DNA of 64,000 bases from an uncultured Spirochaetota bacterium (GTDB taxonomy: Bacteria > Spirochaetota > Brevinematia > Brevinematales > JAOACQ01): assembly GCA_963783575.1 (NCBI GenBank), contig CAWAOD010000011.1, forward strand, positions 448,001 to 512,000, read 5' to 3'. Shown here piece after piece: positions 10,016 to 21,406 of this stretch; the stretch's first letter is position 1, and every line of letters begins with the position of its first letter. The position numbers and the translations under genes are program-made. Below the pieces are notes generated by a model. It worked only from the letters and a program-made list of their open reading frames with translations. It was not told where the DNA came from and searched no databases.

Positions 10016-12412
10016 ATGAAGGCCAGAAAGATCATTTTAATATTGCTACTGATCTTTTCAGTATTTTCTATGATTACAATTGTTTATTTCGCTAAAAATA
10101 AAATGGGGCTTTTTGGCAAGCTTTATGATGACTATGTTATGTCAAGATCGGTTCAGATAAGAAATACCATAAAAACTAATCTTGACCAAATTACAATTGA
10201 GATTAAGAGCTTATCTGAAGATAATATTGTTCGGGCAGTTTATGTAAGTTCTTCTATTGGAGAGAATACAGAAAAATACAACGAAGATTTTAATAAAATA
10301 AAAAACGGTATAGCAGACTGTGATAAAATTCAGATTATTGACAATGATGGAAAAATCATTTATTCATCGGTTTCCGAAGAAATCAACGATCAAAGAATCC
10401 GGCCTATAATAATAGAAGAGATTAAGGAATATTATTCGCAAAGCACAAATATGATCAAGTATTTTTTAGTCACAAATCAAATTGTTGCAATTTATCCAGT
10501 GACAACAACTATTCAAAGCGGATTTGTATCTTTGTATTATAAAAGCGATAGGTTTTTAAGGGGATTAAAGGACAAGAATTTGAGCATCCCTTTTTCTTCG
10601 GGTAATTTTGTTTTTTTATCCTCGACAGTCGTTGATAAGAATGATATAAGTAAAATCATCAATTACTACAGCAATCCTGAAAGTCAAAAAAAAGAATCAA
10701 TCAGTCCTACAATTGCCAGTATATCTCAATTTAGCGGCTTCAACTTTATTTATTATGCCAAAAATGAAAAATTTATTTCGCCATGGACTATGATTATTCT
10801 TTTGGTTGATTTCTTTTTACTGGGCACTGTAATTTTTACATTATTCCAGATGATGAAAGAAGAAAAAATTTACAAGGAAGTACCTCTTTCAACTTTTGAA
10901 AGAGATATTGAGGACAATCAGCTTAAAGTCAGTCCGGATTTTGGCGGGGAAAATATACATGGCCTGGTACAGGATATTGAGGAAAACAAAAACTTTGATG
11001 AGAGTTTCGCCAAGCAGGGTATTGAAGAAATGATTATGTCAAATGATATTAATCTTACTGATCTTCCCGAAGATAAATTATTAGGGAAAGAAGAAGAAAA
11101 AAGCGAATTTCATGACGAAATAATAAATGAGGAAGATAAAATGGAAACTTATGATAATATAAAACCAAGCCATGAAACTGAAATTCTTGCCGAACAGGAT
11201 AGAATTATGAGCGGTGTGAATAATGAGGCTTTTGAAATTAAACCGGAAGAACCGCTTAAAGAAAATGCTCCGGAAAATACTTTGATAAATGAAGAAAAAC
11301 AATCTGGAGATATTGAGCCAAATGAGAAAGAAATTCCTGAAATTAATTTATCTGATGGAACAATTGAAGAATTTAATGAGGCGATTGAAATAGACAGCAG
11401 GGATTTTCCGACTTTTAATTTTGAAACTGCAGAACAGGAAGAATTAAAAACTGAAGTTAAAGAAACAGAGCTTGCTGAAGTAAAATTTGAAAGTTTAGAA
11501 ATTCCATCTTTTGAGCAGAAATCAATGGAGGCTTCTGAAGAAGAATCAAAACCGGCGGAAACCAGGGACTTTGTTCTGGAAATTCCGGAAGAGCCTGGTG
11601 AAATCATCACACACGAAGAAATTCCGGTTATGAGCATTCCGATAGAGTCAGAAGAAGTTGGGAATGAAGATTTAAAGACAGATAATATCCCTGAAGTTAA
11701 TGAGAGAAACGAAGTCCCGGAAGAAATTAATAACTTTGAAGAATTGAAAAATGAGCCGGTTGGCGAGATATTCCCTGAATCGGAAGGCGATGTAATATTA
11801 TTTAATTCATCTGAAGAGATTGTGCCGGAAAAAGAAACTGAAATAAAAGAGGAAGAGATTGTTATTCCTGAACCGGTTGAGATTGAACCTTCTGCAAATG
11901 AACCAGTATTCGAAAAATCAAAGTCCGAAGAGACTATTGAAATGCCTGAGCCTGTAAATTTGCAACATGTTTTAGCCGAACCGCCGACAAAAATCAGTTC
12001 TATAATAAGTGTTGAAGACTATGGAAAAGTTGCTGTTGATCTTGCGAAAAACAGTTTGAATATTAATAAGATTTTTGTGCTTAAGAAAATGGGAGACAAA
12101 TATACCTCAATAATGGCAACAGGTTTTCAGATATCTGATTTTACAATGAGCGGAAATGATCCTATCTTAAAATTGTTCCTTTCAAAAATGAAAAGTGTTG
12201 ATATTAAAGGCGATATTAAAGATACCCGCTATTTAAAGGAAAGGTTTCCGGAATCTGAATTGAATAATGTTGAAGAGATGTTTATTGTTCCCGTGATCCG
12301 GCATAATGATGTAGAGGGAATCGCGGTCTATGCAAGGGAAACTGGAACGATTGAACCCACGAATTTTCAAAAATCTGAAATATTCAATCTTGGTTTTTTA
12401 CAGGAAATGTAG
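10016..12412 (+). CDS. Two-TM membrane protein with extracytoplasmic domain, long acidic linker and C-terminal GAF-like domain
   Basis: Two hydrophobic segments bracket ~230 aa with a Cache-like IQIIDNDGKIIYSS motif; ~370 aa Glu/Pro-rich region; C-terminal MFIVPVIRHNDVEGIAVY. Confidence 0.6.
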   Translation: MKARKIILILLLIFSVFSMITIVYFAKNKMGLFGKLYDDYVMSRSVQIRNTIKTNLDQITIEIKSLSEDNIVRAVYVSSSIGENTEKYNEDFNKIKNGIADCDKIQIIDNDGKIIYSSVSEEINDQRIRPIIIEEIKEYYSQSTNMIKYFLVTNQIVAIYPVTTTIQSGFVSLYYKSDRFLRGLKDKNLSIPFSSGNFVFLSSTVVDKNDISKIINYYSNPESQKKESISPTIASISQFSGFNFIYYAKNEKFISPWTMIILLVDFFLLGTVIFTLFQMMKEEKIYKEVPLSTFERDIEDNQLKVSPDFGGENIHGLVQDIEENKNFDESFAKQGIEEMIMSNDINLTDLPEDKLLGKEEEKSEFHDEIINEEDKMETYDNIKPSHETEILAEQDRIMSGVNNEAFEIKPEEPLKENAPENTLINEEKQSGDIEPNEKEIPEINLSDGTIEEFNEAIEIDSRDFPTFNFETAEQEELKTEVKETELAEVKFESLEIPSFEQKSMEASEEESKPAETRDFVLEIPEEPGEIITHEEIPVMSIPIESEEVGNEDLKTDNIPEVNERNEVPEEINNFEELKNEPVGEIFPESEGDVILFNSSEEIVPEKETEIKEEEIVIPEPVEIEPSANEPVFEKSKSEETIEMPEPVNLQHVLAEPPTKISSIISVEDYGKVAVDLAKNSLNINKIFVLKKMGDKYTSIMATGFQISDFTMSGNDPILKLFLSKMKSVDIKGDIKDTRYLKERFPESELNNVEEMFIVPVIRHNDVEGIAVYARETGTIEPTNFQKSEIFNLGFLQEM

Positions 12413-12643
12413 CATCAATGGGCAGTTCGAAAATCTCATTAAAAATATTTTTAATAAATGGAAATGTCCTATATGGTAGAAAGCCAAAGCACTTCTAATA
12501 ATAAGTTTTTGAAGTTTCTATATGTCATTTGAAAAAAAATAAAATAACATCTATAATGAATGCTTGCTCAATGCAGTTTGTTAAGAAAAATCGATTCGGC
12601 ACCGGGAAACGATTTCATTCTTGAATAATTTGAGGTGTAATGG

Positions 12644-13522
12644 ATGATTGTTTATTTTATTATTTTCTTAATAGTTGTGATGTCAATCGCATTTATATTA
12701 TATTCAAATAAAATAGAGGCAAATAATATTAAAATTCAACACATTACAGTTAAAACGGATAAAATCAAATCTTCATTTTTAATAATGCAGGTTTCCGATT
12801 TTCATCTTTTTGCAAACATGAGCAAGACAAGACTTATTAATATTAAAAATAAAATTCAGGAAATTATCAAACAGAAAATACCGGATCTGGTTTTCCTGAC
12901 CGGGGATTTTATAGATAATAATTCGGGGATTGATCTTCTGCCGGACGTTCTGAATTTGTTCAAGTCGAAATATGGCATTTATGCGGTATTCGGCAATCAC
13001 GATTACTTTCAATATAATGTTCTGCATATTTTTTCGCCGGTCTTTTTTATGAATGAAAAAAAAGCCACCGATCTTCCAAAATTGAAAGAAGTTCTTAATT
13101 CGGCAGGAATAGAATTGTTGATAGATGAAATCATTGATGTCAGAATCAATGAGAATACACTGGATCTAATCGGAATTGATTCGCTTTCGATATTAAAGAA
13201 AAAACTTCACAAAATTGAAATCAAAGACAATGAAAGGTTTAAAATAGTCCTATCGCACTATCCCGATGCGATCAAGTATCTCAGGGGGAAAGTGGATATT
13301 TTATTCTCAGGGCATACTCATGGAGGTCAGGTTACAATATTTGGCATCCCAATCACAGCAAAAAGCAAAATTAAGAAAAATCAGGCAAAAGGCGCATCCA
13401 TACATGAGGATACGATATTATTCATTTCAAAGGGGGTTGGCGTGAGCCATTATTTTCCATTCCGTTTCTTCGCAAATCCCGATATAAGTCTAATAACTAT
13501 TGAGGAAAGTAAATATGAGTAA
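12644..13522 (+). CDS. Calcineurin-like metallophosphoesterase (YkuE-like) with N-terminal TM
   Basis: SDFH, TGDFID, GNHD, SHYPD and GHTHGGQ motifs. Confidence 0.9.
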   Translation: MIVYFIIFLIVVMSIAFILYSNKIEANNIKIQHITVKTDKIKSSFLIMQVSDFHLFANMSKTRLINIKNKIQEIIKQKIPDLVFLTGDFIDNNSGIDLLPDVLNLFKSKYGIYAVFGNHDYFQYNVLHIFSPVFFMNEKKATDLPKLKEVLNSAGIELLIDEIIDVRINENTLDLIGIDSLSILKKKLHKIEIKDNERFKIVLSHYPDAIKYLRGKVDILFSGHTHGGQVTIFGIPITAKSKIKKNQAKGASIHEDTILFISKGVGVSHYFPFRFFANPDISLITIEESKYE

Positions 13523-14168
13523 ATTTGTATATTATCTTTTATTTCTTATTTTATCAGCCAATTCTTTGCTTTTTTCCGATGATATTTCAAATGAAGCCGA
13601 TAAAATAAAGAATTTTTCCAGGCAAAATCAGAATCAAAGTATTATTAAAAGCGGAATGTCTATTATAGATGCCGTTTTTCAAAAGATAGAAAAAAATATT
13701 CTGAATTATGTACCGGTTATTGCTGGATATAACCTTATTGAAGGCAATACCTATTATACAGCCTCGGATAATAATGGAATAATTGAGTTCTATATCCAGG
13801 CTGATAAAATAATTTCAAACAAGACGACTTTACTTAAAATAACATTTGATAATTCCCTGAATAACGTAGAAAGATTTTCCTCATTAATGAAAAGTTTTGA
13901 TTATCTGATGGACAAAGGCGGTTATAGAAAAATCAATATAACAGTTGACGGCGGGAGCAATTTTTGTCTGGAAAACAGCAATACGGTGAATTCGGTTTTT
14001 GTCTTTGAGGAAAAAGATGATGCCGCCGTTTCCGGTTTATCAGTCAGCTTTGATTATAATTTTCTTAATAATATAAGTGATGCTGATAAAAATAAAATAA
14101 TTGAATCGGATATACATCAGTTTTTTGATAAATTAAAATTAAAAGAAATATCTTCATTTCTTAAATAG
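13515..14168 (+). CDS. Hypothetical exported protein
   Basis: Signal-peptide-like N-terminus; overlaps the upstream stop; no recognised motif. Confidence 0.6.
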   Translation: MSKFVYYLLFLILSANSLLFSDDISNEADKIKNFSRQNQNQSIIKSGMSIIDAVFQKIEKNILNYVPVIAGYNLIEGNTYYTASDNNGIIEFYIQADKIISNKTTLLKITFDNSLNNVERFSSLMKSFDYLMDKGGYRKINITVDGGSNFCLENSNTVNSVFVFEEKDDAAVSGLSVSFDYNFLNNISDADKNKIIESDIHQFFDKLKLKEISSFLK

Positions 14169-14169
14169 G

Positions 14170-16203
14170 ATGAGTAAAAGTATGGCAGGACAGAATTTTA
14201 CTGAACTAAAACAGGAAGAAGTATTTGCTTATATTGATAAAGATTTGAAAAAAGACAGGGGCTTTAAGGTTTTACAGTTTGCGCAGAAAACTAAAAAGAA
14301 TTTTTTTCTTGTAATGATTATAGATTTAGTTGCATTATCTATAGCGATCGGAGGTTTTTACATCGTTTATAACATTTTTAAAGCCGGCGAATATAAGTTA
14401 GTCGGTACTGAAGGCAGCATTAAAGGACTTGAAGATGTACTTTATAAAGAATTACAGAAAAAAGCCAATCTTGATCTTGAAAAAAAACAGAAAGAATTGG
14501 ATGAAGCAAAAACTAAATATAATATGCTTTCAAGCCAGCTTGACAGCTTAAAACAGGATCAACAGAAGATTTTGAAATCCAATCTTGAAAAATTACAGTC
14601 AGAATTAAATGAAAAAATGAATCAGGAATTAAAAAATACAACTATTCAGCAAAGAGAAGCAATTCGTAAAAAGTATGAGGATGAACTGAAATCAAGAGAA
14701 TCTCAAATGAACATTGATGCACAAAAAAGGGAAGAAGAATTGAAAAAACAGATGGAAAGTGAAAAACAGAAATTTGCAGCCGATGAGAGTGCAAGGGAGA
14801 AAGAACTTAAACAAACACAAACAAGTCTTGAAAAAGTTAATACCGATTTACAGAATAAAATTCTAGAAGTCCGGACAAGCAGTGAAAAAGCTATGGCTGA
14901 TTTAAATTCGCAACTCAAATCCAGACAAAGCCTTGATGATTTTAATAACCAGCTAAATCAGCAATTAAAATCCGCCATTGAAGTTTATCAAAAAAAAGAA
15001 TATAGCCTTGCAAAAGAAAGATTTAATTCTATAAATACCTTTTATCAAAAGCGGATTAATAATTTTCCAGAACTAACTGAAAGAAAAAATATTGATATAT
15101 TTTTTACCGGGACTTTGAATGATTATATTGATTTAAAAGAAAGCCCCTATTATAGCGATAGAATTAAGAATGAGGAAAAATTGGCCCAGCTTCAATTGCT
15201 CTCGAATTTTGGAAACCAGCTTAAAAAAGGGGAATTTAATGGAAAACTTAAAGACGAGGAAAAAAATTATGATCAGTTATCGGCAAAATTACCGGATGTT
15301 TTCTCATTTTATGATAATTATGACGGTTTTAAAAAATATATAGACGATTCAAGGGCGGAAACTGTATTAAAATCAGCGAATAATCAATTCATTAATAAAG
15401 AATACAAAAAATCCATTAGCAATTATATTACTATATTAAAAAATTATCCGCAAACAACCGGCCGAAATTCTATTCTTGACAGAATTCTGCTTGTAAATAG
15501 CGGTAGTATTTTACTGGATGATGATGAATTGAACAGAAAGGCAGAACCTTTATTTTCCGCCGCTGTATCCTTATATCAATCAAAGAAATATGATCAGGCG
15601 ATTGGCAAGTTTCAAGAGATTTTGACAAATTATCCGAATTCAAAATATACTCTGGATTCCGTGGATTATATCAACAAATCTTATAATAATGAATTTTCAG
15701 CCTTTATGATGAATGTGAGCAATCAAACAGCTCTGGCATTGGAGTTAACAAAAAAAGACCAGAATATAAAAGCCTCCAGGCTTTACGAAGATGCTCTAAA
15801 GGATGAAAAATCAAGTCTTTTTGATTCTGCAGGGGATAAATATTTTAATATACTTATTAAATATCCGTTATCGGATTATCTTTCAAACAGCTTACAGGGA
15901 ATAAACCGATCTTTTACGGCAAAATACAGGCAGGGAACTGTTACTGTTCAATCTGCCGAGTTTTTACGCAATTCCATAGGTAAAATAGTCGATAATATGG
16001 GTGATGAAATTGTTTTATACCTTGAAAAAAGCGATGATTTTAATATCGGATCAAAGGTTTATATTTACCGAAAAGAAAATGAAGAGATTTTACGGTATAT
16101 CGGCGATGCGGTTGTTACCGAATTCTCACCGGTTATGACTAAAGCCAGTATTGTAAAAAAAGTTGAAGATGTGCATGTCGGCGACCTTATATATAAAAAA
16201 TGA
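14170..16203 (+). CDS. Single-TM coiled-coil protein with BamD/CpoB-like TPR repeats
   Basis: TM near N-terminus, ~200 aa coiled coil, TPR-like repeats (KKYDQAIGKFQEILTNYPNSKY), beta-rich C-terminus. Confidence 0.65.
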   Translation: MSKSMAGQNFTELKQEEVFAYIDKDLKKDRGFKVLQFAQKTKKNFFLVMIIDLVALSIAIGGFYIVYNIFKAGEYKLVGTEGSIKGLEDVLYKELQKKANLDLEKKQKELDEAKTKYNMLSSQLDSLKQDQQKILKSNLEKLQSELNEKMNQELKNTTIQQREAIRKKYEDELKSRESQMNIDAQKREEELKKQMESEKQKFAADESAREKELKQTQTSLEKVNTDLQNKILEVRTSSEKAMADLNSQLKSRQSLDDFNNQLNQQLKSAIEVYQKKEYSLAKERFNSINTFYQKRINNFPELTERKNIDIFFTGTLNDYIDLKESPYYSDRIKNEEKLAQLQLLSNFGNQLKKGEFNGKLKDEEKNYDQLSAKLPDVFSFYDNYDGFKKYIDDSRAETVLKSANNQFINKEYKKSISNYITILKNYPQTTGRNSILDRILLVNSGSILLDDDELNRKAEPLFSAAVSLYQSKKYDQAIGKFQEILTNYPNSKYTLDSVDYINKSYNNEFSAFMMNVSNQTALALELTKKDQNIKASRLYEDALKDEKSSLFDSAGDKYFNILIKYPLSDYLSNSLQGINRSFTAKYRQGTVTVQSAEFLRNSIGKIVDNMGDEIVLYLEKSDDFNIGSKVYIYRKENEEILRYIGDAVVTEFSPVMTKASIVKKVEDVHVGDLIYKK

Positions 16204-16212
16204 GGCTATATT

Positions 16213-17899
16213 ATGGATGAAAAGATGAAAATCAAAGCCAGGATCAGGTATAAAATACTGCTTGTTGTCCTTCCGATACTTCTTTTAACATCCGTTTTTA
16301 TCGGACTTACTGCTTATTACTCGTCAATGAACGGCATTACAGGGATTGCAAAAGAATTGCTGGGTTATAAACTGAATGAAATTTATAAATATTCCGCACG
16401 TCAAACATCATTAATAAAGGAAATGAATCTATCCGGAAACAGCGACCTTATGGATAATGCCAAAAATTCGGTTTTGGATTATGTAAAAACATTATTAACT
16501 TCGGAGACCGGAGCATTTCTTGCTTTGAATACTAATGCAGGAATGGATTTTGGAACTTTATCAAATTCAAGCCATGCCGGGTTGAGTAATATACTTTCAA
16601 TTATCAACGGGAAAACCAGCGGATGGATTGAATTCAACCTGTCAGGAATCAGAAGGGTAGGCGTTTTCATAAAATATATTGAATGGAACGATTATTTTAT
16701 CATATTCGATAACAGGGATTCTTTTTACAGCAATGTCAACCAGATCCTGAACTACCTGATTATCATTTTAACCTGCAGCATTATCATATCTTCAATTTTA
16801 CTTTTATATTTTATATCAAAAATAACGCAGCCTATAATCGATTTTGTGAAAACCATCCAGGACATTACCGATCGGATGGACCTGACCCGCAGGGTAAAAA
16901 TTTATTACAGGGATGAGATCGGATATCTTGCAACATATTTTAATAATATGATATCTGACCTGGAGTCCGCATACAATCAGATCAAGAATTATGCTTATCA
17001 AACCGTCCTGGCCAAAAATAAAGAAGAAAGGATAAGGTTTATTTTTCAGAAGTATGTACCTTCGGAAGTCATAAATAATATTCTTAATATAGCGTCGGAT
17101 ACCATGCTGATCGGCAATAAACAGAAAATTTCTGTATTATTTTCCGATATCCGGAGTTTCACAACAATTTCTGAAGGTTTAACCCCTGAAGAATTGGTGT
17201 TATCATTGAACGCGTATTTCAATAAAATGGGTTCCGAGATAAGCCGTTTCAACGGGATTATAGATAAATTTATAGGCGATGCAATAATGGCGATTTTCGG
17301 GGGCTCCGCTTGTACGCCCGAATGATGCCGAGAATTCCATATCGGCGGCATTATTTATGATCAGGTCTCTTGATGATTTTAATAAAATTCAGACGGAAAA
17401 GGGTAAGGTTAATTTTAAGATCGGAGTGGGTATTAATACCGGGGAAGCAATTGTCGGGAATATCGGAAGCGAACAAAAGATCGATTACACTGTAATTGGA
17501 GATCCTGTCAACCTTGCGTCGCGTCTTGAGGGCCTGACAAAAAAATATCATTCAAGGATAATAATCAGCGAATTTACCAAGAATGAAGTTGGGCAGGATA
17601 AGTTTTATTTCAGGGAACTTGATAATGTTAGGGTTAAGGGTAAAAATGAACCTGTAAAAATTTATGAGCCTTTTTCCATTGAAGAAGCCTCGCCTTTGTT
17701 TTCATATTACCAGGATTTTCAGAAAGCCCTTGAATTATATTATTCGGGAAACTTTCAGGAATCTGTTATTATTTTCAATAAATTGATCGAAAAAAAACAC
17801 GATGATTATCTTGGATTTCTATACAGGGAACGATGCGAGTATCTGATGCTGAATCCCCCGGAAAAATGGGACGGAGTAGAAACCTGGACCGAAAAATAA
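16213..17899 (+). CDS. Class III adenylate/guanylate cyclase with 2 TM and HAMP domain, apparent frameshift at 17299-17303
   Basis: FSDIRSFT, DKFIGDAIMAIFG(AP), GINTG, YTVIGDPVNLASRLE, VKGK; removing one G from the G5 run joins 16213..17325 to 17357..17899. Confidence 0.9.
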
Positions 17900-17914
17900 A
17901 GTATTGAGGTCTCT

Positions 17915-18427
17915 ATGGACAAACCAGCCTGGAATGAAGAAATTTTTATTAAAAACTGGAAATTTGCCGATTTGATGATAATAATGAAGAAAATTATGGA
18001 AAAGGACAGTCAGGATAAAATTAAACTGGAAATAAATAAACATTATCCTATTTATAAAGACCTTTTCGGAGTAAAAATCGAATCGGGAAATATTCTTATT
18101 AAAAAATCAAACATTGATGAAGCCATTGAATTATTAAACCTTTTTATAGAGATTAAACAGAAATCTAAAAATAAATTCATCTTTCTGCCTTTAAATAATT
18201 TTAACGGCGTGGTTCAAATCGCCGAAAAGCTCGGACTGGAAAAACCCGAATTTTCAGCGGTTCAGGGTTATATTCTTAATAATGAACTTGTTAATTTCAT
18301 CAGGGAAGAACAAGATTTCATCAAACTTAAATTTAAAGATAACCCCGAAAATATTTTTTATATATATAAATTATATTTTTTTCAGTATAAGAATGATTTG
18401 TTTCTTGTGATTGAAAAAAATATCTAA
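17915..18427 (+). CDS. Hypothetical protein
   Basis: 170-aa ORF with RBS gagg, same codon style as neighbours. Confidence 0.55.
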   Translation: MDKPAWNEEIFIKNWKFADLMIIMKKIMEKDSQDKIKLEINKHYPIYKDLFGVKIESGNILIKKSNIDEAIELLNLFIEIKQKSKNKFIFLPLNNFNGVVQIAEKLGLEKPEFSAVQGYILNNELVNFIREEQDFIKLKFKDNPENIFYIYKLYFFQYKNDLFLVIEKNI

Positions 18428-18450
18428 TAAAATTCCTCGCAGAATTTCAG

Positions 18451-19038
18451 TTAGACTTTAAATATAACTATCAAACATTTTAAATAATCAACCATCTTGT
18501 TCTCCAGGTCATAGCCGTTATCATGCAGTACCCAGTCGTATACTATTCCTCTGCCCATAATAAACAAATAGTCGGCTATATCTCCCGGAGGCATTTCATT
18601 TTTGATCTCGTTCTTTTCCTGGCCTTCTTTAATGATTTTTTCAAGCAGGATATGCATATATCTGCCTTTTGCAATGAAGAGTTTGTTTTTCGAGTTATAT
18701 AACTGGCTAATAGCGTCTAATCCCTGATTACTATTATATTTCGCGTAAACCCTGAAGAAGAAAACGATTTGATCGACGGAACTTTCCTGGACCAGTAAAT
18801 TTGAGACTTCATTCTTAAAATAATCATCTGCAATTTTATAAATTTCATAAAAAATAGCTTCCTTAGAACTGAAATAATGATAAAAAGCCCCGATTGATAC
18901 TCTGGTTTTTTTACAAATATCTTTTATCGTAACTTTATCGAAACCTTTCTTATTTATCAGTTCCATTGCGATTTTATAAATATACTCTTTTGATTTTATT
19001 GCCTGAAGCTTTCTTTTAGTAAAAGATTTTTGTTTCAT
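18451..19038 (-). CDS. TetR/AcrR family transcriptional regulator
   Basis: KGFDKVTIKDICKKTRVSIGAFYHYFSSKEAI helix-turn-helix; divergent from mmsA. Confidence 0.93.
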   Translation of the reverse strand: MKQKSFTKRKLQAIKSKEYIYKIAMELINKKGFDKVTIKDICKKTRVSIGAFYHYFSSKEAIFYEIYKIADDYFKNEVSNLLVQESSVDQIVFFFRVYAKYNSNQGLDAISQLYNSKNKLFIAKGRYMHILLEKIIKEGQEKNEIKNEMPPGDIADYLFIMGRGIVYDWVLHDNGYDLENKMVDYLKCLIVIFKV

Positions 19039-19194
19039 AATCGCCTATTTTTGAATAGATTTTTGAAAAAACTCGTTAAATACTATTTAAAAAAGCTAAC
19101 TATATTAATTATGACAGAATATTTTAAAAAAAGCAATAAAGTCATTCTTTAAGGTAAATAAATCACCTTGTAAATTAAATAAAAGTACTCCTTC

Positions 19195-19253
19195 TTGACT
19201 TCTTTTTTATATCAATATAAAATGAATATATTCAGTGAACATGTTCGGTGAAT
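19195..19253 (+). promoter_or_regulatory. Sigma70 promoter of the mmsA operon with abutting operator-like repeat
   Basis: TTGACT(19195)-17 bp-TAAAAT(19218), then gaatatattc-agt-gaacatgttc-ggt-gaat. Confidence 0.75.
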
Positions 19254-19272
19254 TTAAATTTAAGGAGATTAT

Positions 19273-20790
19273 ATGAGTAGTGTAAAAAAATTGAGTTATT
19301 TTGCCGGTGGAAAATGGATCGAATCGAAGACATCAAAGTATATGGATATCTGGAATCCGAGCACCGGAGAAAAGCTGGCAGAGGCTCCTTGCTGTACTCC
19401 TGAAGAGGTGGAGTCTGCCGTTATAGTAGCGAAAAAAGCTTTCCCTGAATGGGCGGCCACTCCTGTGCTGAAAAGAGTCCAGGTACTCTATAAATTCAGA
19501 GAGCTTTTGCTGAAGAATCTTGATGAACTTACAATGATTTGCTGTAAGGAACATGGTAAAGTATGGGAAGAATCAAAAGGAGATATTCTCAAAGTCATAG
19601 AGCCTGTCGAGATGGCTTGCGGCGCTCCGGTCTTGATGATGGGCGAATCTCTGATGAATACATCAACCGGTTTTGATACCGTACTTTACCGGGAACCGGT
19701 CGGAGTGTTCGCCGGTATAGCTCCATTCAACTTCCCTGCCATGATTCCAATGGGATGGATGATGCCGCTTTGCATTGCTACCGGAAATACAATCGTTATA
19801 AAAGCCTCCAGCAGTACGCCGATGACATCGATGAGGTGCGCAGAACTCCTTCAGGAAGCCGGACTTCCAAACGGTGTGGTAAATATTGTAACTTGCAGCC
19901 GGAACGAGGCGGAGATATTCTTAAAACATCCTGATGTGAGGGGGATATCCTTTGTAGGGTCGACATCGGTTGGATTACATATTTATTCAACCGCAGCAGC
20001 CAACGGGAAGAGGGTTCAGGCTCTATGCGAGGCGAAAAACCATGCGCTTGTTATGGAGGATGCCGCGCTGGAAAGGACTGCACGCGGAATAATCAATTCC
20101 GGGTTCGGTTGCTGCGGAGAAAGATGCATGGCGCTCCCTGTAATTGTAGCACACGAAAAAATAGCAGATAAACTTGTTTCTTTTCTTGTAAAATATGCAA
20201 ACGAATTGAAGATCGGACCGGCTTATGATAAAAATTCGGAGCTCGGACCTGCTGTAACCGAAAGTCAGAGAAAATCGATTCTGGAATGGATCGAGACCGG
20301 CATTAAGGAAGGCGCCAAACTGGTGCTGGACGGCCGGAAAGTGACTGTAAAGGGATATGAAAATGGTTTCTATCTCGGCCCGACAATATTCGATCATGTC
20401 GGACCGGAAATGTCTGTCGGAAACGATGAAATATTCGGACCGGTAATCTGTGTGAAGCGGGTAAAGAGCTTCGAGGAAGGGCTTGAGCTGATGAACAGCA
20501 ACCGGTTCGCAAACGGCTCCGTAATCTATACCCAGAACGGCTATTACAGCCGTGAATTCGCTTCCAGGACACACGGCGGAATGGTCGGAATCAATGTCGG
20601 AATACCCGTCCCTGTTGGGATATTCCCATTTTCCGGTCATAAGGATTCATTCTTCGGCGATCTTCATACTCTCGGGAAAGACGGAGTCCGTTTCTATACG
20701 GAGACAAAGGTTGTAACAACAAAATGGTTTGATGAAGAGGACATGAAAAAAACCAAGGTGGACAGTTGGGACGGAACGATATCAAGGTAA
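19273..20790 (+). CDS. mmsA: CoA-acylating (methyl)malonate-semialdehyde dehydrogenase
   Basis: APFNFPAMIP, ISFVGST, RVQALCEAKNH, GCCGERCMA catalytic Cys, GMVGINVGIPVP, FFGDLHTLGKDGVRFYT. Confidence 0.93.
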   Translation: MSSVKKLSYFAGGKWIESKTSKYMDIWNPSTGEKLAEAPCCTPEEVESAVIVAKKAFPEWAATPVLKRVQVLYKFRELLLKNLDELTMICCKEHGKVWEESKGDILKVIEPVEMACGAPVLMMGESLMNTSTGFDTVLYREPVGVFAGIAPFNFPAMIPMGWMMPLCIATGNTIVIKASSSTPMTSMRCAELLQEAGLPNGVVNIVTCSRNEAEIFLKHPDVRGISFVGSTSVGLHIYSTAAANGKRVQALCEAKNHALVMEDAALERTARGIINSGFGCCGERCMALPVIVAHEKIADKLVSFLVKYANELKIGPAYDKNSELGPAVTESQRKSILEWIETGIKEGAKLVLDGRKVTVKGYENGFYLGPTIFDHVGPEMSVGNDEIFGPVICVKRVKSFEEGLELMNSNRFANGSVIYTQNGYYSREFASRTHGGMVGINVGIPVPVGIFPFSGHKDSFFGDLHTLGKDGVRFYTETKVVTTKWFDEEDMKKTKVDSWDGTISR

Positions 20791-20835
20791 ATAAAGGCAT
20801 TTATCAGTGGTAATGACTTTAAAAAGGGATAAAAA

Positions 20836-21406
20836 ATGAAAAAGATAAAAACCGGGGTATTTATTCCACTGCCAGTGGAACCGATAGTTTTAGTTGGCGC
20901 TAATGTTAATGGAAAGCCAAATTATATGGCTGTGGGATTTGTCGGCGGTGTAAACCATAATCCGGATATTATTTGCGTTAGCCTGAACAAAAATCATTAC
21001 ACGCCGAAGGGAATCATCGAGAACGGTACATTCAGTATCAACGTACCTTCTGTCGAATATGTTACAGAAACTGATTACTGCGGATTGGTCAGTGGTCGAG
21101 AAGTAGATAAGTCCGGAATTTTTACCACTTTCTATGGTGAACTTGAAACAGCGCCCATGATTGAAGAGTTCCCGATTGTCTGTGAATGCCGCTATACAGG
21201 CCAAAGAATGGAGTTCTCCATGGATATCGCATATTTCGGAGAAGTAGCGCAAGTGTATATTAACGAAAATCTTGTACGGGAAAACAATGAGATTGATGTC
21301 ATAAAAGCTAATCCAATATGTTATGCACGTATCGATTAAAAAATATCGTTCTTTAGGGGAAGAAGTAGGTCAGGGGTGGATGACAGGCAAGCTGTATAAG
21401 GCCTAG
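20836..21406 (+). CDS. Flavin reductase/flavoredoxin family protein, apparent frameshift at ~21336
   Basis: GKPNYM, FSINVP, TDYCGLVSGR, APMIEEFP; removing one base restores the typical C-terminus DKKYRSLGEEVGQGWMTGKLYKA*. Confidence 0.82.
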
